Shown: positions 43,687 to 52,941, counted from the stretch's first letter. The stretch is DNA of 64,000 bases from Bacillota bacterium (GCA_017577485.2 PKRI02000005.1:1005-65004); one strand, 5' to 3'. Numbers and translations: made by a program. The notes: generated from the sequence alone by a model not told the origin.

Positions 43687-44356
43687 CAAGCAGGAACGGG
43701 CCTACGCCGTCATCCGCGAGCGCATCATCGAAGGGGTCTACGGTCCGGGGTACCGCCTGGTGATCGACCAGCTGGCCCGGGAACTGGGCGTCAGCGCCCT
43801 GCCGGTCCGCGAGGCCATCCGCCGCCTGGAGGCCGAGGGATGGGTGGTCTTCCGCCCCAATGCCGGCGCCCAGGTGGCGCCGGTGGACCCCCAGCAGTGG
43901 GTGGAAACCATGGAGGTCCTGGCCGTGCTGGAGGGGGCGGCCACCTCCGCGGCGGCGCCCCACATCACGCCCGGCGACGTGGACCGGCTGCGGCAGATCA
44001 ACGACGCGATGCTGGCGGCGCTGGACGGCCACGACCTGCAGGCCTTCAGCGATCTCAATCGCCGCTTCCATTTCACCATCTACCGGCGGTGCCCCAACCA
44101 GTACCTGGTGGATGTGCTCACCCAGGCCTGGGACCGCCTGGACCAGATGCGCCGCACCATCTTCCACATCATCCCCAGCCGCGGCCGGGCTTCGTGCCTC
44201 GAGCACCAGCAGATCATCGACCTGCTGGCGGCGGGGACGCCGGCCGAAGAGATCGAGCGCGTGGTGCGCCAGCACAAGCAGCAGACCGTTGAGGCTTATC
44301 GCCGGAGGGCGGGGGCGCCCACCGCCGCCATCCAGGCCGGGAAAGGAGACGACTGA
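43682..44356 (+). CDS. GntR-family transcriptional regulator (FadR/FCD subfamily)
   Basis: The wHTH sequence is YAVIRERIIEGVYGPGYRLVIDQLARELGVSALPVREAIRRLEAEGWV. An FCD-type helical C-domain follows (NRRFHFTIYRRCPNQYLVDVL). The track start at 43670 is equally possible. There is no clear RBS, so the mRNA may be leaderless or have a short leader. Confidence 0.85.
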   Translation: MNKQERAYAVIRERIIEGVYGPGYRLVIDQLARELGVSALPVREAIRRLEAEGWVVFRPNAGAQVAPVDPQQWVETMEVLAVLEGAATSAAAPHITPGDVDRLRQINDAMLAALDGHDLQAFSDLNRRFHFTIYRRCPNQYLVDVLTQAWDRLDQMRRTIFHIIPSRGRASCLEHQQIIDLLAAGTPAEEIERVVRQHKQQTVEAYRRRAGAPTAAIQAGKGDD

Positions 44357-44358
44357 GC

Positions 44359-45357
44359 TTGCAGCGCAGGGATCCCTCCCGCCTGCGGGGGTCCATCGTG
44401 CCCATGGTGACCCCGTTCCGCGAGGACGGGAGCATCGACGACCGGACGCTGGTGGACCTGATCGAATGGCAGATCGAGAGCGGGAGCCACGGCATCTCGG
44501 TCACGGGCACCACCGGTGAGCCCAGTTCGCTGTCGCTGGAGGAACGGGAACACGTCATGGAGGTGGCGGCCCGGGCCGTGGCCGGCCGGGTGCCTTTCGT
44601 GCCCGGTACCGGCACCAACAACCTGGACGAAACCATCCGCCTGACGCGGGTGGCCGAGAAGCTGGGCGCCGACGCGGCCCTGGTGATCGTCCCTTATTAC
44701 AACCGGCCTTCCCAGGAGGGGCTCTACCGCTACTTCCGGGCACTTCACGACGCGGTGGAGATCCCCATCATCATCTACAACATCCCCGGGCGCACCGCCG
44801 TCAACATGGAGCCGGCGACCATGGCCCGGCTGCGCCGGGACTGCCGCAGGATCATCGGGGCCAAGGAGTCCAACAAGGACTTCGAGCACGTCAGCAAGGT
44901 GCTCCACCAGTGCGGGCGGGACTTCCTGGTTTACAGCGGCATCGAGCTGCTGTGCTACCCGATGCTGGCCATCGGCGGCGCGGGGCACGTCAGCGCCACG
45001 GGCAACGTCTTCCCCCGCGAGGTGGCGGACCTCTACAACCTGGTGGCTGCCGGGCGCTGGGCCGAGGCCATCGACCTTCATTATTTCCTGCTGCCCATGA
45101 ACGAGGCGCTGTTCCTGGAGACCAACCCGGGACCCCTAAAGTGGGTCCTGGCCCAGATGGGCAAGATCAAGCCGGTCTGGCGGCCGCCGCTGTGCGAGCC
45201 GTCCCCGGAGAACCAGCAGCGGATCCGGGCGGTGATGGCGTCGTACGGGCTGCTGCCGGCGGCGCCGGGGGACGCTGCGGGCAGCGCGGCGCAGGCCGGC
45301 GGCGACGGCCGGGCCGGCGGCGCGGCCGGCACGGGCGGCGAGGGTGGTCGGGCATGA
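44359..45357 (+). CDS. DapA/DHDPS-family class I (Schiff-base) aldolase/synthase
   Basis: GSIVPMVTPF.EDGSID, GISVTGTTGE..SLS..E, VPYYNRPSQEGLY.YF and IIYNIPGRT are present. A catalytic Lys is expected in IIGAKESN. The substrate is unknown. Confidence 0.8.
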   Translation: MQRRDPSRLRGSIVPMVTPFREDGSIDDRTLVDLIEWQIESGSHGISVTGTTGEPSSLSLEEREHVMEVAARAVAGRVPFVPGTGTNNLDETIRLTRVAEKLGADAALVIVPYYNRPSQEGLYRYFRALHDAVEIPIIIYNIPGRTAVNMEPATMARLRRDCRRIIGAKESNKDFEHVSKVLHQCGRDFLVYSGIELLCYPMLAIGGAGHVSATGNVFPREVADLYNLVAAGRWAEAIDLHYFLLPMNEALFLETNPGPLKWVLAQMGKIKPVWRPPLCEPSPENQQRIRAVMASYGLLPAAPGDAAGSAAQAGGDGRAGGAAGTGGEGGRA

Positions 45358-46103
45358 AGCAGGCCCGTTTCCTGTCCCGCGGGCGGCTTCACATGGGCCG
45401 GCTGGTGGAGCCCGGCGTCCTGGTGGACGAGGGGGGACGGGCCCACCGGGAGGACGACGTCACCTTCCTGCCGCCGGTGGAGCCCGGCAAGGTCATCGGC
45501 CTGGCGCTGAACTTCGCCGACCACGCCGCGGAACTGAACATGCAGTCCCCCGAGGAACCGGCCCTCTTCTTCAAGCCGGGCAACACCCTGGTGGGCCACC
45601 GCGCCCCGGTGGTCTATCCCCGGGGCGTCCAGTTCATGCATTACGAGGTGGAACTGGCGGTGGTCATCGGCTGCCGCTGCCGCCGGGTGGACGAGTCGCG
45701 GGCCTTCGATGTGGTCAAGGGCTACACCATCGCCAACGACGTCACGGTTCGCGATTTCGTACACAACTTCTACCGGCCGCCGGTACGGGCCAAGGGGTTC
45801 GACACCTTCGGCCCCATGGGGCCCTACCTGGTCACGGCCGACGAGGTCGAGGATCCCCACCGGCTGGGCCTCCGGGCCTACGTCAACGGTGAACTGCGGC
45901 AGGAAGGGAACACCGCGCAGATGCTGCGCAAGATCCCGGAGTTGATCGCCTTCATCACCAGTTTCATGACCCTGGACCCCGACGACGTGATCCTGACCGG
46001 CACGCCGAAGGGCATCTCCCACGTGCGGCCGGGCGACGTGATGCGCCTGGAGATCGACGGCCTCGGCGCGCTGGAAAACCCGGTCATCGCCGAGGAGGGG
46101 TAG
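45354..46103 (+). CDS. Fumarylacetoacetate hydrolase (FAH) family hydratase/isomerase/decarboxylase
   Basis: ATGA overlap with the upstream gene. Signatures include KVIGLALNFADHAAE, FFKPGNTLVGH, YEVELAVVIG, ANDVTVRD, KGFDTFGPMGP and DVILTGTPKG. Confidence 0.85.
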   Translation: MKQARFLSRGRLHMGRLVEPGVLVDEGGRAHREDDVTFLPPVEPGKVIGLALNFADHAAELNMQSPEEPALFFKPGNTLVGHRAPVVYPRGVQFMHYEVELAVVIGCRCRRVDESRAFDVVKGYTIANDVTVRDFVHNFYRPPVRAKGFDTFGPMGPYLVTADEVEDPHRLGLRAYVNGELRQEGNTAQMLRKIPELIAFITSFMTLDPDDVILTGTPKGISHVRPGDVMRLEIDGLGALENPVIAEEG

Positions 46104-46104
46104 C

Positions 46105-47562
46105 ATGGCGGTGCGAACGGGCGCGGAGTTTATCGAGAACCTGCGGACGGCGCCCCGAGATGTGCAGGTCCACGGGGAGCGGCTGCGCAGCGGCATCGCC
46201 GACCACCCGGCCTTCCGCAGCCTGGTCCGGTCGTACGCGCGGCTCTACGACCTGCAGCACGAGCCCGCGCTGCGCGACATCATGACCTACCCGTCGCCCA
46301 CCAGCGGCGAGCCGGTGGGCGTGTCGTTCCTGATGCCCCAGACCCGTGAGGACCTGGAAAAGCGCAGCCGCATGATCAAGGTGTGGGCCGACCACAGCTT
46401 CGGCATGCTGGGCCGGACCGCCGACTACCTCAACGCCGCCGTCATGGCCATGGCCGGTGCCGCCGACTGGTTCGCCGCCGCCGACCGCCGCTTCGGCGAG
46501 AACATCCGGAAGTATTACGAGTACATCCGCGAGAACGACCTGCTGCTGACCCACACGCTGATCAATCCCCAGGCCAACCGGTCGCAGGGGCCGTCGGGCC
46601 AGGCCGATCCCTACCTGGCGGCCCGCATCGTGCGGGAGACCGACCGCGGCATCGTGATCCGCGGGGCGCGGATGCTGGCCACCCTGGGGCCCATCGCCGA
46701 CGAGATCATGGTCTTCCCCTCGACACTGCTGAAGGCCCGGCCCGAGGACGCGCCCTACTCCTACGCCTTCGCCATCCCGTGCGACACGCCGGGCCTGCGC
46801 TTCATCTGCCGCGAGTCCTTCGACTACGGCCGGGGCACCTTCGACCACCCGCTGGGGTCCCGTTTCGACGAGAACGACGCGGTGGTCATCTTCGACGACG
46901 TCGAGGTGCCCTACGAGCGCTGCTTCATGATCGGGCACCCCGAACTGTGCAACGCGCTCTACAGCGAGACCACCGCCGTGGTGCACATGACCCACCAGGT
47001 GGTGGTCAAGAACATCGCCAAGACCGAGTTCATCCTGGGCCTGGTGTCGCTGCTGACCGACGCCATTCAAATTGAGAGGTTCCAGCACGTCCAGGAGAAG
47101 ATCGCCGAGGTCATCATCGCGCTGGAGTTCCTGCGGTCGGCCCTGCGGCGGGCCGAGGTGGACGCGGCTCCCAACCGCTGGGGCGTGATGACGCCGGCCT
47201 GGCCGCCCCTCAATGCGGCCCGCAACTGGTACCCGAAGATCTACCCGCGTTTCGTGGAGATCATCAAGCAGCTGGGCGCCAGCGGCCTGATGCAGATCCC
47301 CACGGAGGCCGACGTCTTCGGGGACGCCCGGGACGACGTGGAGCGCTACATGCAGGCGGCGACCCTGGGCGGCGTGGAGCGGGTCAAGCTGTTCCGGCTG
47401 GCCTGGGACGTGGCCATCTCGGCCTTCGGCAACCGCCAGGCCCTTTACGAGTACTTCTTCTTCGGCGACCCGGTGCGGATGGCCGGCGCCCTGGTCAACA
47501 GCTACGACCGCAAGCCGTACATGGAGCGGGTGCGGGAGTTCCTGGCCGGGGACGGGTGGTAA
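46105..47562 (+). CDS. hpaB: 4-hydroxyphenylacetate 3-monooxygenase oxygenase component family (HpaB-like, two-component flavin monooxygenase)
   Basis: 485 aa. Signatures include RTGAEFIENLR, VYDLQHEP and TADYLNAAVMAM. The overall length and pattern resemble Thermus-type HpaB. Confidence 0.8.
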   Translation: MAVRTGAEFIENLRTAPRDVQVHGERLRSGIADHPAFRSLVRSYARLYDLQHEPALRDIMTYPSPTSGEPVGVSFLMPQTREDLEKRSRMIKVWADHSFGMLGRTADYLNAAVMAMAGAADWFAAADRRFGENIRKYYEYIRENDLLLTHTLINPQANRSQGPSGQADPYLAARIVRETDRGIVIRGARMLATLGPIADEIMVFPSTLLKARPEDAPYSYAFAIPCDTPGLRFICRESFDYGRGTFDHPLGSRFDENDAVVIFDDVEVPYERCFMIGHPELCNALYSETTAVVHMTHQVVVKNIAKTEFILGLVSLLTDAIQIERFQHVQEKIAEVIIALEFLRSALRRAEVDAAPNRWGVMTPAWPPLNAARNWYPKIYPRFVEIIKQLGASGLMQIPTEADVFGDARDDVERYMQAATLGGVERVKLFRLAWDVAISAFGNRQALYEYFFFGDPVRMAGALVNSYDRKPYMERVREFLAGDGW

Positions 47563-47675
47563 GGCTCCTTTCGACCTTCCAGCGGCGGGCCTGTGCAATA
47601 TACGGGCCATTCGGCTCTAAAGTCCGAGGAAGCGGCCCGCCCCGTGCATTGTAAGGGCCCTTGTGCCCCAAAAAT

Positions 47676-47704
47676 CGCCCGCCCCCCAGGGCAAGGGTCG
47701 GGCG
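47676..47704. terminator. Bidirectional terminator hairpin between convergent hpaB and pterin dehydratase genes
   Basis: The stem CGCCCGCCCC / GGGTCGGGCG has one mismatch. It is flanked by AAAAAT (47670-47675; this gives ATTTTT on the minus strand) and by GGTTTT (47711-47716) on the plus strand. Confidence 0.6.
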
Positions 47705-47802
47705 GGACCCGGTTTTAACGGCAGAACGGACCTTATTGTGCACAGAACGGGGCGCTTCGGCCCCGTTTACAGCGTTTGTGGTCGTATCGTGCACGGTGGG
47801 CG

Positions 47803-48195
47803 TCAGGCGGGCCCGTTGCCGTACATGGCGTCGGTCTTGGCGGCCATGATGAGGTCGTTCATGTGCAGGTCCTGGATTTTGTGCGTCCACCAGTCCACGG
47901 TCACGCGCCCCCATTCCAGCACCAGGCGGGGGTGGTGACCCTCCCGCTCGGCCAGTTCCGCCACGCGGTTGGTGAAGTCCAGCGCCTCGGCGAAGTCCTT
48001 GAAGGTGAAGATCCGGCGCAGCCTGCGAGAACCGCCGTCCACCAGCACGGTCCAGTCAGGGATCTGGGACCGGTACCGCGCCAGTTCCTCGGCGGTCACC
48101 GCCGGCGCACCCGCCTGGCAGGGCACGCAGCGCCCCGCCGCCAGCTGCCCGCCGGGGTCGATGTCCCCGCTGCCGCTGCGTTCGCTGTCGGACAT
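47803..48195 (-). CDS. phhB: Pterin-4a-carbinolamine dehydratase (PCD/DCoH)
   Basis: FKDFAEALDFTNRVAELAEREGHHPRLVLEWGRVTVDWWTH is the PCD signature. The start is trimmed to ATG 48195 behind RBS GGGAGGAGG. Confidence 0.85.
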   Translation of the reverse strand: MSDSERSGSGDIDPGGQLAAGRCVPCQAGAPAVTAEELARYRSQIPDWTVLVDGGSRRLRRIFTFKDFAEALDFTNRVAELAEREGHHPRLVLEWGRVTVDWWTHKIQDLHMNDLIMAAKTDAMYGNGPA

Positions 48196-48240
48196 GGGTT
48201 GCCTCCTCCCGCCGGCCATCCAGGCCCGTAATACCGCCCT

Positions 48241-48735
48241 TCAGCGGGCCTGACCCCTGGCGGCGCCGTCCTTCCGGCCTGCAGTGGGGGCGACTCCTCC
48301 CCTGCCCGCAGCCCGCAGCACCGTCCACGAGAAGAACACCACCGCCGCGAAGGCGATCAGGGCCAGGAAGGGCACGGTCACGAAGCCCAACCAGTTGAGG
48401 GGATCGTCGGTGCACGGGACCCCGCCGCTGCACATGGCCGCGTCGTGCAGGGCCGGCACCTTCTGCAGCAGGTAGTGGTAAATCGAGATGCTTCCGCCGA
48501 TGCCGGCCAGGGTCAGGCTGTAGGGCGCGACGCCCTCGTCGCCGCGGTAGGCGGCGATGCCCAGCATCACCGCCAGCGGGTACATGAAGATCCGCTGGAA
48601 CCAGCACAGGACGCAGGGAACGAACCCCGCAACCTCGCTCAGGTACAGGCTGCCCAGGGTGGCCACCAGGGAAAACAGCCACGCCAGGTACAGCGCGTAA
48701 GGCTGGAGCCGTTCCTGCCAGGTCACCACGCTCAA
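48241..48735 (-). CDS. bdbC: Disulfide bond formation protein (DsbB/BdbC family)
   Basis: Four TM helices, the CxxC motif in [15 protein letters not shown] and a second Cys pair (CSGGVPC). Confidence 0.85.
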   Translation of the reverse strand: MSVVTWQERLQPYALYLAWLFSLVATLGSLYLSEVAGFVPCVLCWFQRIFMYPLAVMLGIAAYRGDEGVAPYSLTLAGIGGSISIYHYLLQKVPALHDAAMCSGGVPCTDDPLNWLGFVTVPFLALIAFAAVVFFSWTVLRAAGRGGVAPTAGRKDGAARGQAR

Positions 48736-49472
48736 CCGTCACCCTGTTCGGATCCCTGTGGTTCCTGCGGCTGCTGTCCCTGCTCGGCCAGGGCCGCGTC
48801 GATGGCTGCGCTGATGGCTTCCAGCGACCACGTCACCTCTTGCCCGTTGACGAACACGGTGGGCACCGCGTTGACACCGAGGCGCCGGCCAATCTGAAGG
48901 TCTGTCTGGACCCGGTCCCGGTACGTGCGGCTGTCGATGGCCTCTTCCAGCGCCTCGAAGTCCAGATGCGGCGCCACTTCCCGCGCCAGATCCAGGAGGA
49001 ATTCCTTGGTGGCCCACTGCTGGCTCTCCGGCCCCTGGCGCTGGTACAGGGCTTCATAAAAGGCCCAGAAGGCTTCCGGGTCCTGGTCGTAGACGGCCTC
49101 GGCCGCTGCCGCCGCCGTGTACGAATCGGGTCCGATGAAGGCGTAGTTGATAAAGTAGAACCGGGCCTTGCCCGTGTCGATGTAGGCCTCCTTCAGCCCG
49201 GGATAAACCTCCCTGGCGAACTGGGCGCAGTAGGGGCACTTGAAGTCGCCGAACTCCACCACGGCCACGGGGGCCGAGGGATCGCCCGCCATGGGCTGCG
49301 ACTCCAGGACGAAGGGGTCGCCGTCCGCGCCCACCGGGGGCTGCTGGGTGATGTATCCCACCACAAACAGCGCTACGATCGCCGCCACCACCACCGTGCC
49401 GATCACCATGCGGCGGCGGATCATCGCCTCCTGCCGGCGCTGCGCCTGCTGCTTGCCAGTCCGTGCGGCCAT
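48732..49472 (-). CDS. bdbD: Thiol-disulfide oxidoreductase (DsbA/BdbD family), membrane-anchored
   Basis: An N-terminal TM anchor precedes VVEFGDFKCPYCAQF (CPYC active site) and VPTVFVNGQ (cis-Pro loop). The start is ATG 49472 behind RBS GGGAGGT. There is a 4-nt overlap with bdbC. Confidence 0.88.
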   Translation of the reverse strand: MAARTGKQQAQRRQEAMIRRRMVIGTVVVAAIVALFVVGYITQQPPVGADGDPFVLESQPMAGDPSAPVAVVEFGDFKCPYCAQFAREVYPGLKEAYIDTGKARFYFINYAFIGPDSYTAAAAAEAVYDQDPEAFWAFYEALYQRQGPESQQWATKEFLLDLAREVAPHLDFEALEEAIDSRTYRDRVQTDLQIGRRLGVNAVPTVFVNGQEVTWSLEAISAAIDAALAEQGQQPQEPQGSEQGDG

Positions 49473-49523
49473 GGGCCTACCTCCCGGATGTGACCAGGTT
49501 CTCTTTCGTAACTGAATTCCTTT

Positions 49524-49553
49524 TCGAAGCCTACCACGTCGAAGCCTACCACG
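49524..49553. repeat. Perfect tandem duplication, 2 x 15 bp (TCGAAGCCTACCACG)
   Basis: Read directly in the divergent bdbD / znuA intergenic region, 52-81 nt upstream of the bdbD start. Confidence 0.9.
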
Positions 49554-49683
49554 GGAGGAGGCCCCGTCCAAGCCACCCGCCCGCCGCCGCACCGGGCTTG
49601 ACGGCGCCAATAATTGCGCACCATAGTAGATAAGAAAATTCGCAAGATCGCCGGCGGCGCCGGACGGGAGGGGGAGGACGAAC

Positions 49684-50784
49684 GTGGGTTCAGCGCGGCG
49701 TGCCGTTCCGGCGGCGATGCTGGCGGTGGTCCTGGCGGCGGTGCTGGCTGCGGCGGGCTGCGGAAACCTGCGTTCGCCCGGGGACCGCGAAGCCCCCGGG
49801 GGCCGGGAATCGCCGGAAGGGCCGGCCTCCGGCGGACGGGTGCGCATCGTGACCACGGTTTTCGCCCTGGGCGAGTTTGCCGGCGCCGTGGGCGGGGACC
49901 GGGTGGCTGTGGAATACCTGGTCCCGGCCGGTGGGCACGCCCACGAGTTTGAACCGACGCCCCGGGACCTGGAGCGGATCCTGGACGCCGACATTTTTCT
50001 TTACAACGGGGCGGGTTTCGAGCCGTGGGTGGAGCACATGCTCGCCCGGGTGCAGGGCGCCCGCGTCCGGGCCGTCGATGCCAGTCAGGGTATCGACCTG
50101 CTGGAGGCGGGGGGCCTTGAAGCCGGCGAGCCGGACGAAGCCGGCGGGGGAAGCGGCACCGGCGGCACCGGTGTGGCCGGCGGGGCCGTGGATCCCCACG
50201 TCTGGCTGGACCCGCTGCGGGCCGCCCGGCAGGTGTCCGTGATCGCCGACGCCGTGGCGGCCGTCGACCCCGCCGGCGCGGCGGCGTACCGGGCCAACAG
50301 AGATGCTTACGTCCGGCGGCTGGAAGAACTGGACCGCCGGTGGGCGGCTGCCCTGGAGGGCTGCCGGGTGCGCGACTTTGTCGCCGAGCACGGCGCCTAC
50401 GGGTACCTGGCGGATCGCTACGGCCTGCGGCAGGTGGCGGTGACGGGCCTGGCCTCGGACCAGGACCCCACGCCCCGGCGCCTGGCCGAGATCGCCGCGT
50501 TGATGGCGGAGCGGGGCATCGGCGTCGTCTACCGGGAACCGGGCTCGACGACCGGCGTTGCCGAGGCCCTGGCCGCCGAAACGGGGGCCCGGGTCCTGCT
50601 GCTGGACCCTCTGGAAACGCCGGGGGCGGCAGCCGCGGTTGGGGCCGGAGCGGGAGCCGCAGCTCGGGCGGGGGCGGGAGCCACCCCCGGCGCCGCGGCG
50701 GAAGCCCCGGGGGAAGCGTACCTGGCCGTCATGGAGCGGAACCTGGAAGCGCTGGCGCAGGGCCTGGACTGCGCCAGCCGGTGA
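49684..50784 (+). CDS. znuA: Metal (zinc-type) ABC transporter substrate-binding lipoprotein, cluster A-I
   Basis: Lipobox LAAAGC. Signatures include TTVFALGEFA, GGHAHEFEPTPRD, VDPHVWLDP and AEHGAYGYLA. GTG start behind GGGGGAGGA. The flexible loop is acidic and Gly-rich rather than His-rich. Confidence 0.85.
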   Translation: MGSARRAVPAAMLAVVLAAVLAAAGCGNLRSPGDREAPGGRESPEGPASGGRVRIVTTVFALGEFAGAVGGDRVAVEYLVPAGGHAHEFEPTPRDLERILDADIFLYNGAGFEPWVEHMLARVQGARVRAVDASQGIDLLEAGGLEAGEPDEAGGGSGTGGTGVAGGAVDPHVWLDPLRAARQVSVIADAVAAVDPAGAAAYRANRDAYVRRLEELDRRWAAALEGCRVRDFVAEHGAYGYLADRYGLRQVAVTGLASDQDPTPRRLAEIAALMAERGIGVVYREPGSTTGVAEALAAETGARVLLLDPLETPGAAAAVGAGAGAAARAGAGATPGAAAEAPGEAYLAVMERNLEALAQGLDCASR

Positions 50785-50800
50785 GGAGATGACCGTCCCC

Positions 50801-51259
50801 ATGGGTGACCAGCGGCTCGACGACCTCATGGCCCGGCTGCGGGCGGCCGGCTTCAGGGGCACGCCCCAGCGGCGGGCCATCCTCCAGGTGCTGCTGGCCT
50901 CGCCGCGGCACCTGACGGCCCAGGAGGTGTTCAACCAGGTGCGGGACTCCTTCCCCGACCTGAGCCTGGACACCGTCTACCGGACCCTGCGCACCCTGGC
51001 CCAGCTCGGCATCGCCTGCCAGTCGCACCTGCACACGCGCCACGCCCACCGCTTCTCGCTGGCGGCGGCCGGCGACCACCACCATCACCTGATCTGCATC
51101 CACTGTGGCCGCTCGGTGGAGTTCGCCGAGTGCGCCGTGCAGGCGTCGCTGGCCCAGGTGGCCCGGCGCCACGGCTTCGCCCTCACCGGGCACGCCCTGG
51201 AGATCTACGGCTACTGCGGCGACTGCCGGCGGGATGGGGGTGAAGCCGGTGAGGGCTGA
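50801..51259 (+). CDS. zur: Fur-family metalloregulator (Zur-like)
   Basis: Signatures include GFRGTPQRRAILQVLL...HLTAQEVF, HHHHLICIHCGRSVEF and GYCGDC (structural Zn CxxC pairs). ATG 50789 is an alternative start. The gene is embedded between znuA and znuC. Confidence 0.85.
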   Translation: MGDQRLDDLMARLRAAGFRGTPQRRAILQVLLASPRHLTAQEVFNQVRDSFPDLSLDTVYRTLRTLAQLGIACQSHLHTRHAHRFSLAAAGDHHHHLICIHCGRSVEFAECAVQASLAQVARRHGFALTGHALEIYGYCGDCRRDGGEAGEG

Positions 51260-52025
51260 AGACGCCGGCCCGGTCCTTTCGCTGGAGGACATCCATTTCA
51301 GCTACGGCGGGCAGCCGGTGCTGGAGGCCGTCAGCCTGCGCCTGGAGCGGGGGATGTTCCTGGGCCTGATCGGGCCCAACGGCAGCGGCAAGACCACGCT
51401 GCTCAAGATCGCCCTGGGCCTGCTCCGTCCCCAGCAGGGCACGGTGCGCTGGTTCGGCCGGCCCCTGGTGCGCCCGGGCCAGTTCGGGGCGCGCATCGCC
51501 TACGTGCCCCAACTGTCCCAGGCCTATGTCCGGCCGTTTCCCATCACGGTCCGGGAACTGGTGCTGGCGGGCCGGGTCCCGCGGCGGGGACTGCTGCGCC
51601 CCCTGAACCGCGCCGACCGGGACGCGGTGGACCGGGCCCTGGCGGCGGTGGGCATGGAGGACCGGGCCGAGGCGCGGCTCAGCGACCTGTCGGGCGGGCA
51701 GCAGCAGCGGGCCTTCATCGCCCGGGCCCTGGCGGCCGACGCGGAGGTCCTGCTGCTGGACGAGCCCATGGCGGGCATCGACGCCGCCGCCCAGGAGCGG
51801 TTCTACGACCTGCTGGCCCGCCTCCAGCGGGAAACGGGCCGGACGGTGATGATGGTTTCCCACGACCTGGCCGCCATCACCGGGCGCGTCACCCACCTGG
51901 CCTGCCTCAACCGCCGGCTCATCTGCCAGGGACCGGTGACCGACGTGGCCGGCGATCCCCAGGCCCTGAGCCGCACTTTCGGCGACCTGCGTTTGATCGC
52001 CCACAGCCACGGGGAGGCGTCGTGA
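51234..52025 (+). CDS. znuC: Zinc-type ABC transporter ATP-binding protein
   Basis: Walker [10 protein letters not shown], signature [15 protein letters not shown] and Walker [13 protein letters not shown]. Confidence 0.88.
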   Translation: MGVKPVRAEDAGPVLSLEDIHFSYGGQPVLEAVSLRLERGMFLGLIGPNGSGKTTLLKIALGLLRPQQGTVRWFGRPLVRPGQFGARIAYVPQLSQAYVRPFPITVRELVLAGRVPRRGLLRPLNRADRDAVDRALAAVGMEDRAEARLSDLSGGQQQRAFIARALAADAEVLLLDEPMAGIDAAAQERFYDLLARLQRETGRTVMMVSHDLAAITGRVTHLACLNRRLICQGPVTDVAGDPQALSRTFGDLRLIAHSHGEAS

Positions 52026-52864
52026 CGGTGGACGGGCTGCTGCAGGCGGCGGCGTCCCTGCCCGGACCGCTGGGCCTGGACTTCATGCAGCGGGCCTACC
52101 TGGCCGGCCTGGTGGCCGGGGTGGCCGCCCCGGTCATCGGGACCTTCCTGGTGCTGCGCCGCCTGTCGCTGCTGGCCGACGGCCTGGGCCACGCGGCCTT
52201 TGCGGGGGTGGCCGGCGCCCTGCTGCTGGGCGCCAACCCGGTGTTGGGCGCGCTGGCCGCGGCGGTGCTGGGGTCCCTGGGCATCGAGCGGCTGCGGTCC
52301 GCCGGCCGCGCTCCAGGCGACGCCGCCGTGGCCATTTACGCCTCCCTGGGTCTGGGCGCCGGCCTGGTGCTGGCCAGGCTGGCCGGCGCCGGCAATATCG
52401 ACCTGTTCGGGTACCTCTTCGGGTCGCTGGTCACGGTGCGGCCCGGCGACGCGGCGCTGCTGGCGGCCATGGGCGCCCTGGTCGTGGCCGGAGTGGCCGC
52501 CTTCTACAAGGAACTGCTGGCGCTGGTGGTGGACGAGGAGACCGCGCTGGCCTCGGGCCTGCCGGTGGCCTGGCTCAACCGGGGCCTGGCCGTGCTGGCG
52601 GCGGTGACGGTGGTGGTGGCCATGCGCGTGGTGGGTGTGCTGCTGGTGGCGGCGCTGATGGTGCTGCCGGTGACGGCGGCGCTGCAGGTGGCCCGCGGCC
52701 TCGGCCGCACCCTGCTTTACGCGGCGGCCTTCAGCACGGCCAGCGTGCTGGCGGGGCTGACCCTGGCTTACTACCTGGACGTGCCGGCCGGCGCCATGAT
52801 CGTCGTGACCTGTGCCGCCGCCTGGGCCCTCGTTTCGGCTGCCGCCGGGCGCCGGGCTTCGTGA
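52022..52864 (+). CDS. znuB: Zinc-type ABC transporter permease (ABC-3 family)
   Basis: GTGA overlap with znuC. A polytopic protein with [42 protein letters not shown]. Confidence 0.88.
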   Translation: MTVDGLLQAAASLPGPLGLDFMQRAYLAGLVAGVAAPVIGTFLVLRRLSLLADGLGHAAFAGVAGALLLGANPVLGALAAAVLGSLGIERLRSAGRAPGDAAVAIYASLGLGAGLVLARLAGAGNIDLFGYLFGSLVTVRPGDAALLAAMGALVVAGVAAFYKELLALVVDEETALASGLPVAWLNRGLAVLAAVTVVVAMRVVGVLLVAALMVLPVTAALQVARGLGRTLLYAAAFSTASVLAGLTLAYYLDVPAGAMIVVTCAAAWALVSAAAGRRAS

Positions 52865-52941
52865 CGGCTTTCGAAAGGAAGAGCGGCCTGCATCGAGGAA
52901 TCCGATACGAAAGGAGGCTGTGTTGTCGAGGAGGGTGGCAG

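Noticed and set aside
46084-47610. ORF 46084..47610 (-, 508 aa), and likewise 52771..54153 (-), 54517..56391 (-) and 57362..58825 (-).
   Set aside because: They are antisense to the hpaB-like, paaK, MFS and DASS/Mug-fusion genes respectively. The composition bias is the same and no domains are present.
47745-47770. The hairpin CGGGGC-GCTTCG-GCCCCG just downstream of the pterin dehydratase stop, considered as a second terminator.
   Set aside because: No T-tract follows it on the minus strand (TTCTGTGCAC). The hairpin at 47676-47704, with ATTTTT, is the better terminator. I kept only that one.
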